Virus record (IMG/VR): IMGVR_UViG_3300035530_000066
Location: 1-42,677 of that record
DNA from: a virus
Lineage: Duplodnaviria > Caudoviricetes
Reading direction: 5' to 3' (one strand)
DNA: 42,677 bases
Of the stretch, positions 1-9,769 are shown one piece after another. Positions within the stretch are counted from its first letter, which is position 1; each line of letters starts with the position of its first letter. The notes beneath the pieces were generated by a model. That model searched no databases, had not been told where the DNA came from, and saw only the letters and a list, made by a program, of their open reading frames with translations. A program made the position numbers and the translations under genes.

Positions 1-408
1 TACAACAATACTAAAGGTTAAAGGTTCATTATGTCGGTTGACAACTTGCAGATATCTATTGTCAATAATAGATATGGTAGCAATACCTTCTGCACCAACA
101 AACATACCGTTAGTCGAACCTTCGGTTGTATCTAATACATACACCTTAACATATCGCATACGTAAATCGCTATCTGTCCCATAATCCTCCCAACTATCAT
201 ATTCCCATGACGCATTACTATCTATAATAGTTGTATAATGGAAAGTTCGTAATAATGAATTTAAATGGTTCACTAATGTAGCTACATCTTCTAGATGGTC
301 ATTTACATTTTTTAAATTTCGATCATACTTATTAGTTAATGCTACAACAATCGGATCTATTAAAGCTTCTACGTAGTGTTTAACTTTAGGTAGAATGTAA
401 TTAGCCAT
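1..408 (-). CDS. Hypothetical protein, partial (runs off window start)
   Basis: Not in the ORF track. ATG at 408 follows an AGGAG RBS, and the frame MANYILPKVKHYVEALIDPIVV... stays open to base 1. Confidence 0.75.
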   Translation of the reverse strand, partial: MANYILPKVKHYVEALIDPIVVALTNKYDRNLKNVNDHLEDVATLVNHLNSLLRTFHYTTIIDSNASWEYDSWEDYGTDSDLRMRYVKVYVLDTTEGSTNGMFVGAEGIATISIIDNRYLQVVNRHNEPLTFSIVV

Positions 409-470
409 AATCTACTTCTCCTTTATATGTATAATAAAAAATAACAATAACTCCAAAGCTATATAATGGA

Positions 471-501
471 TATAAGAGAGGGATGGTATCCCTCTCTTAT
501 A
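471..501. terminator. Intrinsic terminator hairpin
   Basis: TATAAGAGAGGGAT-ggt-ATCCCTCTCTTATA, a 14-bp perfect stem downstream of the recombinase unit. Confidence 0.7.
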
Positions 502-566
502 ATTACAATACTATTTATTATATTTTATTTCTATCTACAAAATAAGCCAACATACCTTTAAAGAAT

Positions 567-779
567 TCATTTGTAAGGATACCCATATCGAATAGTTCCT
601 TGTTCAAGTCGATATACTAATTGTAGGATAGAACAAAGTTCTTTATATCGATCAATACAATATTGTACTGTAATACCAGTATCAGTTATCCAATCAGTAA
701 AGTTTTTAGGTAATTTTCTGAGATCTGCCAATTGAAATAATCGCAACACATATTCCTGGATTTTATGATCCATTAACAA
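567..779 (-). CDS. Small hypothetical protein, probably translationally coupled to the recombinase
   Basis: 70-aa ORF whose start overlaps the recombinase stop; a hairpin follows. Confidence 0.55.
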   Translation of the reverse strand: MLMDHKIQEYVLRLFQLADLRKLPKNFTDWITDTGITVQYCIDRYKELCSILQLVYRLEQGTIRYGYPYK

Positions 780-2100
780 TATTGATTACATCTAATATAG
801 ACATATACGATCTTTTTTCTTTCTTATTATACGTCCAATATCCTCTCGAGTTAAGGATATCTGAAATTACATTACCACCTTTTAATACCTTATTTACAAA
901 CTCTTTAGGTTTGATACTTAGAGAATCACTTAATCCAAAAGTCGACCACTCATTTTGGATATAACATAATTGCCCTAACAACTCAATTGCCCTATCGAGT
1001 TCGTAATTTTCATTCAACTGAGCACGTATAGATTTTCTAGTAAGGGGAATGTCTGGCAATAGATCACAAGTTTGTGTAACATTATTTCCGCTCAATCCAA
1101 ACATTTTATTTTTCTTTAAATAATGAAAATTACTTAATCCTGATAAAATACCTTGGTATTGTGAAATGATTGGCTGTACTATTGGACCAGATGCATTATT
1201 CTTACATCTACATACGACTGTATCTACAAGATTCAATTCATTTGCTACACTAAATGATTCAGGGTACTGACAATTTTTATCTGAATCTTGTAGTATTTTT
1301 ATACCACGAGCTTCCAACAATGTAGATGTTAGAAAAGTAAATTGACTTCCTGCATTTTTAATACTATCATTAGCTTTCATGTATTGCAAATCTTTAGGCG
1401 ATTTAGAATAAGGATCTAAATCAAACTTATTTCCAATGTGAGCTGTAATGATAAAATAGATTCCACCTTTAGCAGCAAGTGCAGGTATCTGTCTCATCAT
1501 TTGGGTTTTCATATTCCCATCATTCATATATACAGTATTGAGTTTAGAATCACCCAATTTGTGCTTATCGTATAACTCTTCTTCTTTAGTGGAATTGAGT
1601 TTTGATAGAGAATCGATAACAAATATTGTAGGAATAAACATCATTCTTGATTTAAGAGTCTTATTGTCAAGAAATGGAGTTTCTATTATGTAATCTTTTT
1701 TATTCTTTACTTTGTGTTCGACTAACTGTTTGATAAAAGTGAATAGCGAACTTGTATCATGAGTAGAGTTATCCCATAAAGCTATAACATCTGGATCTAT
1801 ATTAGAGTCACACATATCGATAATACGAGACTTTCCTGCTATAGAAAATTCACTATCGTGGATCAACAATTCACTACCTTCATATCGAGCAGCTGCACGT
1901 ACTGCTAAGGATAAAGCTTCTGTCGATTTATATCGCTGAGGTCTACCAACAATACCATTGACTCTACTTAGTCCACCATTGAGAATCATATTGTCTTTTC
2001 CAGAAACAAACTTACCCGTAGCAAGATCAAATTGAGTACCAGTATTTAAATATGGAGTAAATACGCTAGTTGATACATTTAGTGCGGAAAGAATACCCAT
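763..2100 (-). CDS. RecA/UvsX-like recombinase (phiKZ-type)
   Basis: Variant P-loop GIVGRPQRYKST, DSE motif, Walker B IFVIDSL, IITAH strand, KNN motif; 445 aa. Confidence 0.85.
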   Translation of the reverse strand: MGILSALNVSTSVFTPYLNTGTQFDLATGKFVSGKDNMILNGGLSRVNGIVGRPQRYKSTEALSLAVRAAARYEGSELLIHDSEFSIAGKSRIIDMCDSNIDPDVIALWDNSTHDTSSLFTFIKQLVEHKVKNKKDYIIETPFLDNKTLKSRMMFIPTIFVIDSLSKLNSTKEEELYDKHKLGDSKLNTVYMNDGNMKTQMMRQIPALAAKGGIYFIITAHIGNKFDLDPYSKSPKDLQYMKANDSIKNAGSQFTFLTSTLLEARGIKILQDSDKNCQYPESFSVANELNLVDTVVCRCKNNASGPIVQPIISQYQGILSGLSNFHYLKKNKMFGLSGNNVTQTCDLLPDIPLTRKSIRAQLNENYELDRAIELLGQLCYIQNEWSTFGLSDSLSIKPKEFVNKVLKGGNVISDILNSRGYWTYNKKEKRSYMSILDVINIVNGS

Positions 2101-2127
2101 AAATATATAACCCTCTACAATTTAAGG

Positions 2128-2655
2128 TTAAGAACACCTACTCACGGTGTGTAATGGATAGGTATCAAACGAATCCAACGACGTTTGAATCTTATCTTCC
2201 GTCGGTCGATCATTCTTATTTGTATCCATACATACCATTTCAATGTAACCGTCGGCAGCTAACTTGTCTGTAATTTCAGAAGGATAATCGTGCAAATAAT
2301 ATACAGTCTTAATTCCTGCATTAATTAACAATTTACAACATGATAGACAAGGTTTAGTTGTACAATAAAGAGTAGCCCCTTTAAGCGATACACCTTCATA
2401 TGCTGCATTTGCAACTACATTAGCTTCAGCGTGTGTAGCCATACATCGTTCTAACTGTTCACCTGAAGGAATGTCTTTTCTAAGACAAGTATCAGGAGTA
2501 CAATGTTCTACTCCTCGAGGGGCACCATTATACCCAGTCGACAGAATGCGTTTATCTCTTACAGCAACTGCACCAACTTGACGTTTGCAACAAGTCGATC
2601 GCGAAGAGACCAAATTAGCAATACCCATAAAAAAATCATTAAGTGGCAGTCTCAT
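2128..2655 (-). CDS. dCMP deaminase
   Basis: RSTC..RQVGAV, TGYNG, HAEANV and PCLSC zinc-deaminase motifs. Confidence 0.93.
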   Translation of the reverse strand: MRLPLNDFFMGIANLVSSRSTCCKRQVGAVAVRDKRILSTGYNGAPRGVEHCTPDTCLRKDIPSGEQLERCMATHAEANVVANAAYEGVSLKGATLYCTTKPCLSCCKLLINAGIKTVYYLHDYPSEITDKLAADGYIEMVCMDTNKNDRPTEDKIQTSLDSFDTYPLHTVSRCS

Positions 2656-2731
2656 GATTGAAATTATCTCCTTAAAATTTTTATTTATAAATTATATATA
2701 ATACTCAAAATATGTATCTATTTACACAATT

Positions 2732-2766
2732 GATATAGAGGATGAGCAAAACTCATCCTCTATATC
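2732..2766. terminator. Intrinsic terminator hairpin
   Basis: GATATAGAGGATGAG-caaaa-CTCATCCTCTATATC, directly after the stop at 2773. Confidence 0.75.
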
Positions 2767-2772
2767 TCAATA

Positions 2773-3237
2773 TTAAGATACCAAATACCCAGGCTCAGAA
2801 GATATTACATATAGATCGATTGGTTTATAAAATCTATATCCATCGTCAGTTGCTATATCTATAATACGATCTCCATATATGGAGGTTCTCAGTATTTTGA
2901 TATGGTTAAAGTATCTATAGTAACAGAGTAGTGTTCCACGAAATACGAATTTATCGTCAGTCATGTGAAGAAAACTTTTTGTACCTTTATGATACGCTAC
3001 CAGTCCTATGTAAATTGTATCTTTGTCGTTAATAGGAAAAAGCTCTACATCAAGATATCTATTTTTAGTAATAGTATTAAAGATTTGGTATAGATCACTA
3101 TATTTGATTGGCAATGGAAATTCACCTCTGATTACCAAACTACCATCATCTTGAAAAGTTTCATATCCAAATATCAATTTAATGCAGATAATCAGTTTCG
3201 AACAATAGTGTCCAATTGTAGTCAGTGCATTTTTCAT
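2773..3237 (-). CDS. Hypothetical protein
   Basis: 154-aa ORF with a GAGG RBS, downstream of 3250..3909. Confidence 0.75.
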   Translation of the reverse strand: MKNALTTIGHYCSKLIICIKLIFGYETFQDDGSLVIRGEFPLPIKYSDLYQIFNTITKNRYLDVELFPINDKDTIYIGLVAYHKGTKSFLHMTDDKFVFRGTLLCYYRYFNHIKILRTSIYGDRIIDIATDDGYRFYKPIDLYVISSEPGYLVS

Positions 3238-3249
3238 AGTATCCTCTCT

Positions 3250-3909
3250 CTACCACTGTACATTATTACTGACGTTAGCCAAAATATTCTTTTCTATAGG
3301 CTGAGAAATATCCACATCTTTTTTTCCAAAATGTATAAAAGCGCCAGACAATATAAATTCGATCGAATCAGTATTAGTATCTAAAATAATTCCGAATTGA
3401 GAATCATCAAAGATCGAAACATATTTAAGATCATCTTTTGTTTTACACAAATCTTCCAAATTCACACATTCGTTATGTGTATTGTAAATATGAATGGTCT
3501 CGATATTTAAATCTAAATAATTAGACAAATTCAATACATTCAATTTGTCACATTCTAAAGTTAAGCAATATTCTTCAACATCTTCCATAAAATCAAATGT
3601 AAATTTCGGTTTAGTCATATCACTCATATCAAAATGAGTAAATCGCGAAATATCATTTATCCATTTGTCAGTTCCCAAACATACAAAATATTTATCTGAA
3701 TAAAAAACCATACCTTCTTTACTTGTCGGAATTATTATACAACTAATAGAATCCGAATATGGATCTGTTACATAATTTATACTATACGGATCAGGATACT
3801 CGGTCTTAAATATGGTATCAAACCATTCCTCTACACAAGCATTCCAATCGATAGTATCACCTTCATCCTTTAGAAGGGCGCTAATCATTTTGTAAGTCGA
3901 TTTGTTCAT
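3250..3909 (-). CDS. Hypothetical acidic protein (start revised to MNKSTY)
   Basis: AAGGAG RBS precedes the ATG at 3909; the longer ORF-track start overlaps a promoter motif. Confidence 0.75.
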   Translation of the reverse strand: MNKSTYKMISALLKDEGDTIDWNACVEEWFDTIFKTEYPDPYSINYVTDPYSDSISCIIIPTSKEGMVFYSDKYFVCLGTDKWINDISRFTHFDMSDMTKPKFTFDFMEDVEEYCLTLECDKLNVLNLSNYLDLNIETIHIYNTHNECVNLEDLCKTKDDLKYVSIFDDSQFGIILDTNTDSIEFILSGAFIHFGKKDVDISQPIEKNILANVSNNVQW

Positions 3910-3978
3910 AATTATAACTCCTTTATTGTGAGAGATTGTATAAAGATATGTATTATTATTAGATGTATATCTGTTGTA

Positions 3979-3991
3979 GTAATATATATCC
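3979..3991 (-). promoter_or_regulatory. Putative early promoter (GGATATATATTAC)
   Basis: Contains TATATTAC, the phiKZ early promoter consensus, 70 nt upstream of the ATG at 3909. Confidence 0.6.
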
Positions 3992-4054
3992 AAGATATGC
4001 ATGAATCATCATATAAGGTAATATGGAATTATATACAAATGAGGAAATATAAAA

Positions 4055-4999
4055 ATGAAATATACAGGGAGTTTCAAAGATTTTAAATCTTTTACTACAT
4101 TATACGGAAAAGTAACTTTACACCCATCAACTGTAAGAAATCTTAATAACATTTTACAGAATCTATCTCTAATTTATAATCCAGAACAACTGCAAGCGTT
4201 TCGGAAGTTATTAGCCGAACACGCTATCGATATCGAAGATCCGCACGATATTGAGATCGATAATTTAAGTGAAAATATCTTAATAGACATTTATGAAAAG
4301 TGGTTGACTTATGGAAACCACGATAGTTATGAAGAGTTTAAAGTGATATTTTTTAGTGCGATATATTTAGCTACTACAGATGAACAACTATTATCAGATT
4401 CTGAGGATTTAACTGTATCCGTAAGGTATCTACATAAACTACTTTATCTGTTTCATACAGGACCTTTTTATTCACACGATCCAATATTAGATCAAATGTT
4501 TATTGGAACTACTTTCGATAAACGAATTATATATTCAGTATATGATACACTCAATCCTTCTTTAGATATAGAAGAACCTATGAAGTATAATTATGGAACA
4601 TATGTTATAGAATTTGATGTTAACACTATACAAGAAGATACTTATTACTTTTTAGCTACTTCTGTATCAAATCCAGATATTCCTGTAGTATCCATATACC
4701 GAAAAAGACTTACCCCTCTGGTATTTTGTATGGATATCAATGATGGCATTAGTCAGGATAAAATTACTATACCGATTTCTTTATCTCGCTATCGAATTGT
4801 AATCTCTACAAATGATGATGTTATTGATATTGGAATATGTGACAGTCAACAAAATAAAACTATTTATTCTATGCCTAGAATTACAAACCCTAACAATGCT
4901 GTAGGCGATACCAAACGAACACAAATAGCGCATGCTAAATGTCTTCAATATTACGGAATGCCAGTCTCTTCGGAAGAATTGATATATCTACTGACTTAA
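4055..4999 (+). CDS. Putative virion structural protein, paralogue of 5012..7090
   Basis: N-terminal EH..DIEDPH...YEKW..G...EEF segment aligns by eye with EH..NTNNPH...YNEW..G...EDF of the next gene. Confidence 0.65.
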   Translation: MKYTGSFKDFKSFTTLYGKVTLHPSTVRNLNNILQNLSLIYNPEQLQAFRKLLAEHAIDIEDPHDIEIDNLSENILIDIYEKWLTYGNHDSYEEFKVIFFSAIYLATTDEQLLSDSEDLTVSVRYLHKLLYLFHTGPFYSHDPILDQMFIGTTFDKRIIYSVYDTLNPSLDIEEPMKYNYGTYVIEFDVNTIQEDTYYFLATSVSNPDIPVVSIYRKRLTPLVFCMDINDGISQDKITIPISLSRYRIVISTNDDVIDIGICDSQQNKTIYSMPRITNPNNAVGDTKRTQIAHAKCLQYYGMPVSSEELIYLLT

Positions 5000-5011
5000 A
5001 GAGAGGAATTT

Positions 5012-7090
5012 ATGTCACTTATTAACAAAGTGGGCATTACTGGAGTGATGTCTAATTGGGATGAATATGCAACGGACGAAGCGTCTGAGCATTTAGAATC
5101 TCAAACAACTCAATATACTGTACCAGAAATATTAGAAATGATTCGAGAAATAAAACGATCTTTTGATCCATCTATTCTCGAACGGATGATGTTATTGTTA
5201 GATGAGCATTTACATAATACAAATAATCCCCATAAGACTGATTTAGATTCTATGGGAACTAGTGTAGTTGCGGAGTTATACAACGAATGGACTAAATTGG
5301 GATATACTGGATCAGTTGAAGATTTCATTAGAGTATTATTCCAATATATTGAAATTGCCGATTCAGAAACTACTATAGAAGGAACTTCTACAAGTAAGTT
5401 GGTTTCAGTTAAAGGTGCTAAAGATATGTATACGTACCATTTAACTGACCCGGAAGCTCACAACGAAATGTTTCGAAGTGTATTTCCAGGATTAGTACCT
5501 GAAGTAGCTCCTAAATGGAGTCTTCAAGCGATTGTAGGGACTGATCCAGAAATCGTAGTAGAACGGGATGCACCTTGTACATTTCATGAACATAGTGGAT
5601 ATATTGGTGAAGTACCGGCCAATACTTTACCTATCGATCACACATACGGTGAACCGTATTTTTCGATCTGGGGAAAACGTAAAAATTTAGTAACTCATAG
5701 TACTACATTAGAGGATGGTATATTTATTGGTGGAACTACTTCCATCGGTGAAGAACAGTATTCTCCAAAACATGAATATGATGCTAATATCTTTTGTGAA
5801 GATACTGACAATATTACACAAGAACATGGTTGGAAAACTCATCCAATTGCATTTGAAGTTGGAAAAGTATATACTTCTTCAATTTATGTATATCCAGACC
5901 ATAAACATATTTTTACGATCAGTATCCCTGAGACCTTAGCTGGACCTAATGCTCGAATACATGTTGATATAACTAATCCGAAAAATATATTTAAACCAAT
6001 AAATCATAGAAGTGATATCAATAGTTTAGAAGTAATCAATTTACCGAATGGGTGGTCGCGTATTATTCACTCATTTAGAGCTCAATCTACTACCGTCGAA
6101 TCTATCAAATTTTTATTTTTAGATATCTTAGATGGTGATACTACTTATATTGGTGATGGGGAAATTAGTGGATACCTTTGGCAGGCTCAAGTAGAAGAAG
6201 GTCTAAATGCATCTCCTCCAATATATACAGAAGAGTTTGTTGTCGAAAGACCAGCTACTATTGCACATATCCCATTTCGTAACAAGTTTGAACCCAAACT
6301 TGGTACTATTGTAGTTGAAGCTAAGAAACCTAGAAATATAAAAAGAAATAATGTACAATACCTATACGCTATTGGTGATGGTATAGATACAGTAACTAGT
6401 GGAAAATTTCCCACTATAAGAAATCAAGAATTGTACATAGAATCTAAGAACAGTTTTGGTGATTTGTTGGACTATGAATGGTTAGGTCCAAAGTCGTCCG
6501 AAACCATACACACATTTGTACATAGTTATAATAAAAAATATCACATATATCAGGACTCCAAAAACTATCCAGTAATTAATTCAGTAAGTGATACTTCAAT
6601 TACTTATGTAGATGTAATCAAATATATTCTAACTAATCAATATGCTGACATTATAGCATCTGGTAATCATACCACTATGTATGACTTTCAAAATACTATT
6701 AAGACTACTAACTCAGATGCAGGAACTGTAAACAGTTCTATCATCGACGAAAATACAATATATATAGGTGATGATTCTGAATACGTAGATATGGAATCGA
6801 CTGATGATCCTAATGAAAATTCTGAATTAGCCGATTTCGTCCTGGGTGAAGTATATCCTAGTGCCCAAGCGTTTTATTCGGATAATTCCGTAGGTACGGT
6901 AGACTTAGTAAAAGGTTTAGAAACTGTCGAATTGACGGTTATGCTTAATAAGTATGAAGATTTATATATAGGATCTAATGTTGGTGGAACTGAACAATTG
7001 GATGGATACATTAAAAGTATCACATACTACCAAAAATCTAACAATGAATTAGAAGTAGAATTTCTTGCAGGAGAGTATATCCATGAGTAA
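5012..7090 (+). CDS. Virion fibre/spike protein with carbohydrate-binding / LamG-like beta domains
   Basis: H..NNPH motif, LPNGWSRI, YLWQAQVEEG..ASPPIYT, GTIVVE and terminal LYIGS...LDGYIKSITYY, typical of phage spike/ConA-like proteins. Confidence 0.65.
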   Translation: MSLINKVGITGVMSNWDEYATDEASEHLESQTTQYTVPEILEMIREIKRSFDPSILERMMLLLDEHLHNTNNPHKTDLDSMGTSVVAELYNEWTKLGYTGSVEDFIRVLFQYIEIADSETTIEGTSTSKLVSVKGAKDMYTYHLTDPEAHNEMFRSVFPGLVPEVAPKWSLQAIVGTDPEIVVERDAPCTFHEHSGYIGEVPANTLPIDHTYGEPYFSIWGKRKNLVTHSTTLEDGIFIGGTTSIGEEQYSPKHEYDANIFCEDTDNITQEHGWKTHPIAFEVGKVYTSSIYVYPDHKHIFTISIPETLAGPNARIHVDITNPKNIFKPINHRSDINSLEVINLPNGWSRIIHSFRAQSTTVESIKFLFLDILDGDTTYIGDGEISGYLWQAQVEEGLNASPPIYTEEFVVERPATIAHIPFRNKFEPKLGTIVVEAKKPRNIKRNNVQYLYAIGDGIDTVTSGKFPTIRNQELYIESKNSFGDLLDYEWLGPKSSETIHTFVHSYNKKYHIYQDSKNYPVINSVSDTSITYVDVIKYILTNQYADIIASGNHTTMYDFQNTIKTTNSDAGTVNSSIIDENTIYIGDDSEYVDMESTDDPNENSELADFVLGEVYPSAQAFYSDNSVGTVDLVKGLETVELTVMLNKYEDLYIGSNVGGTEQLDGYIKSITYYQKSNNELEVEFLAGEYIHE

Positions 7091-8546
7091 TAAAGTAATA
7101 GTAAACGTAACTCAAGAATGGTCTGAGATATTGACTATAGCTTCGGAGGATAGAACTCTCTACGCTGAAAATAGTGGAGCTTATGTCTATATTACATTTG
7201 AACCAATGTTTGATACAACAGAAATTCCAGAAGATGAAATTAGGTATATTGGAGGAACTACAACAGCCATTGCTATTCCTACCGGATCTTATGTGTATGT
7301 AAAATCGCACCAACCCGAAGGTAAAGTTTTCCATTTACCTAAAGGAATGAAAGATCCAGATAAAGATATGGCTACCGTTAATGCTAAAGTAGATGATGTA
7401 TTATCACAACTTATATCTCACGTAACTGAATGTGGTAATGTTCATAGTCTTACACGAGAAGATCTTGATGTTCATAATTTACCAAATGCTACTAGTGACG
7501 ATACGTCTGTAGATAGTTCCGAAGTTTTACTTACTACAAGAGGTGGAGAATTACTTCGGCAGTTAATATTGACACATCTAGATAATAAAGAAAACCCACA
7601 TACAGTCACTAAAGCTCAAGTAGGATTAGGGTCTGTCAACGATTTTCGTATTGCTCTCGACGATAATGAACTTATGGATACGAGTCGTAATGATCTGTAT
7701 GCAACTATTAAACATGTACATCAGATCATATATTCTCGAGAACAGTTAGTTGTTGATATTAAACCAAATACTGTTGTACAAGTACCTTGTGATGAAGTGG
7801 GATCTGCCGATATTGGAATTTGCGATCCTGCTCCAAAAACTCTATTATTGACCGAAAATACTGTAGTCTGTCCCATCGGTCTCCAAGTCGCATATTGTGA
7901 CGGAATCCGACATTATTTGTCCCAAACAACTACAGAAATTTTGTCAATTAATAAGATTGATATATCTCCTAGTGTAAATCCAGTTCCTGGATATCATTAC
8001 ATCTATGTAGATATTGACGACAATGGAAGTATTTCTCACTTAGGACACACTACTGATAGACCTTACTATGGAAAATATCCTATCGATGGTACTATGGATT
8101 TTTTTGATGTGGTTACAAATACTATGTATAATTCTGAGGGTCAGCAGATTTATAGAGTATATTTAGGAAAAATATATATTGAAGAATCGAATGTTTTTTC
8201 TAATTGTGTACCAGTACCCAAAGGTAGTAGTTACATTACTAGAGCTAGCGTATTAGCTTCCCCTAATCAGACTTATATATTCGATAATCCATTCTTTGAA
8301 GCTGTAGATATTATACCTAAGATATTTATCAACGGTCAGTGGTGTGATCCAAAATGGAATGATCAGGCCGGAGTAAGAGCTTCATACGACTTTCAACGAC
8401 CGGATCATCTCATTGTACAGACAGGTACTATGGGTATAGCTATGCCAGCAATTTCCGCCGGTAATGCATTTACTAGTGAATCTGTACCTACAACAGTAAC
8501 TACAGATGCTCCTCTGTTGTTAGAAATATATAAACGGGGGGTATAG
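7083..8546 (+). CDS. Tail fibre protein (start revised to MSNKV)
   Basis: HLDNKENPHTVTKAQVGLGSV fibre repeat; AGGAG RBS before the ATG at 7083. Confidence 0.75.
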   Translation: MSNKVIVNVTQEWSEILTIASEDRTLYAENSGAYVYITFEPMFDTTEIPEDEIRYIGGTTTAIAIPTGSYVYVKSHQPEGKVFHLPKGMKDPDKDMATVNAKVDDVLSQLISHVTECGNVHSLTREDLDVHNLPNATSDDTSVDSSEVLLTTRGGELLRQLILTHLDNKENPHTVTKAQVGLGSVNDFRIALDDNELMDTSRNDLYATIKHVHQIIYSREQLVVDIKPNTVVQVPCDEVGSADIGICDPAPKTLLLTENTVVCPIGLQVAYCDGIRHYLSQTTTEILSINKIDISPSVNPVPGYHYIYVDIDDNGSISHLGHTTDRPYYGKYPIDGTMDFFDVVTNTMYNSEGQQIYRVYLGKIYIEESNVFSNCVPVPKGSSYITRASVLASPNQTYIFDNPFFEAVDIIPKIFINGQWCDPKWNDQAGVRASYDFQRPDHLIVQTGTMGIAMPAISAGNAFTSESVPTTVTTDAPLLLEIYKRGV

Positions 8547-8551
8547 AGTTT

Positions 8552-9412
8552 ATGTTTGATTATGAAGAATATAAAGCCGGTATAGAAAACATTTATTACC
8601 AACTAGATGTCATAGACAAACAGATTAGTTGTTTAGGGAATGAGGGGTTTGATAATATCGTTAGGAGATTGGGAAATACGCTTACTGGAATATTCAATAC
8701 CTTTAAAACGATTACAACTAAATTCCATAAAAGTACTAAACGTGGCGAATTGAGATGGTATAAAGAATCTAATCTATTTACTACTAAGAAAATAGCTAAA
8801 TTTACCTATACAGAACTCATGTACTTAAAATTGCCTATACCTAGAGGGATGAAAAGTACATACACCCAATATACCGACGCTTTAACAAGCTCTTTAGAAA
8901 ATATCAATATGTCCCCTCTAGTTAGCTTATTTGGGGCAGCAATAAAAGATATTCATGATACCATTCTCAGTGGAGAATTTGACATTAATAAAAATATTTC
9001 CAGTATGAATAATCTTTTTGATCAGAAAGTTCTAAGTATCATTGAACGGACTATGAATAAAGTAGATAACCCTAAATATAAAATTCTTGAAAAAGAATAT
9101 GGGGAATTATTTAAATCGACAAAAGAATTTGAAGATCTATTTGCTAGATTATTAGATATGGAAAAGTATTACGACGAAACAAATTGTATAACTACTAAAT
9201 TAGATAAGATCGAAAAGTATATACAAAACATCATTGAATCTAAACAATTAGAAAATATTAATAAAGCTAATCTTAAATCGCTTAGTGATGTGATATATCG
9301 ATACGCTAAAGCTTTTGATATTTATGGTGCACTTGTATATAACTTACAACGAATTGAGCATAACTTTGTTGAATGTTTAAAGGTCATTGCTACAGAAAAA
9401 CATATAACATAA
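8552..9412 (+). CDS. Putative virion (head) protein
   Basis: Helical 286-aa protein in a structural operon; GNE near the N-terminus resembles the S/A/G-X-E head protease site of phiKZ-like phages (inference). Confidence 0.55.
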   Translation: MFDYEEYKAGIENIYYQLDVIDKQISCLGNEGFDNIVRRLGNTLTGIFNTFKTITTKFHKSTKRGELRWYKESNLFTTKKIAKFTYTELMYLKLPIPRGMKSTYTQYTDALTSSLENINMSPLVSLFGAAIKDIHDTILSGEFDINKNISSMNNLFDQKVLSIIERTMNKVDNPKYKILEKEYGELFKSTKEFEDLFARLLDMEKYYDETNCITTKLDKIEKYIQNIIESKQLENINKANLKSLSDVIYRYAKAFDIYGALVYNLQRIEHNFVECLKVIATEKHIT

Positions 9413-9417
9413 ATGAG

Positions 9418-9452
9418 TAGAGAGTACTTCCCAAGATGGGAAGTACTCTCTA
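9418..9452. terminator. Bidirectional terminator
   Basis: TAGAGAGTACTTCCCA-aga-TGGGAAGTACTCTCTA between convergent genes. Confidence 0.8.
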
Positions 9453-9459
9453 TTTCGTT

Positions 9460-9753
9460 TTACTTTTTAGCTAATTCATCTGCTTGCTTAAATACTTCGC
9501 CCAGTTTTACCTTTTCGTCGTCTGTACCAACAGTAAGAATACGAAATACTTCATTTTGAGTATAATATTTGGATACATACTCTTCCACTAACATACTCTT
9601 ATTTTTAATTGGAGTAGACCAAGTTCCATCAGGTCGAGCTATACCCTTAAATCTATTTGGACTACCCATTTCGATATGTCGTTTAGTTGGTGGATAAGTA
9701 GAACATATACACTCGGCTTTACCAATGATAGCATAATATTTCATCTTAGACAT
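9460..9753 (-). CDS. Small tail fibre-associated protein (possible chaperone)
   Basis: 97 aa, immediately downstream of a fibre gene, with an AGGAG RBS. Confidence 0.6.
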   Translation of the reverse strand: MSKMKYYAIIGKAECICSTYPPTKRHIEMGSPNRFKGIARPDGTWSTPIKNKSMLVEEYVSKYYTQNEVFRILTVGTDDEKVKLGEVFKQADELAKK

Positions 9754-9769
9754 CTAAACACTCCTTACT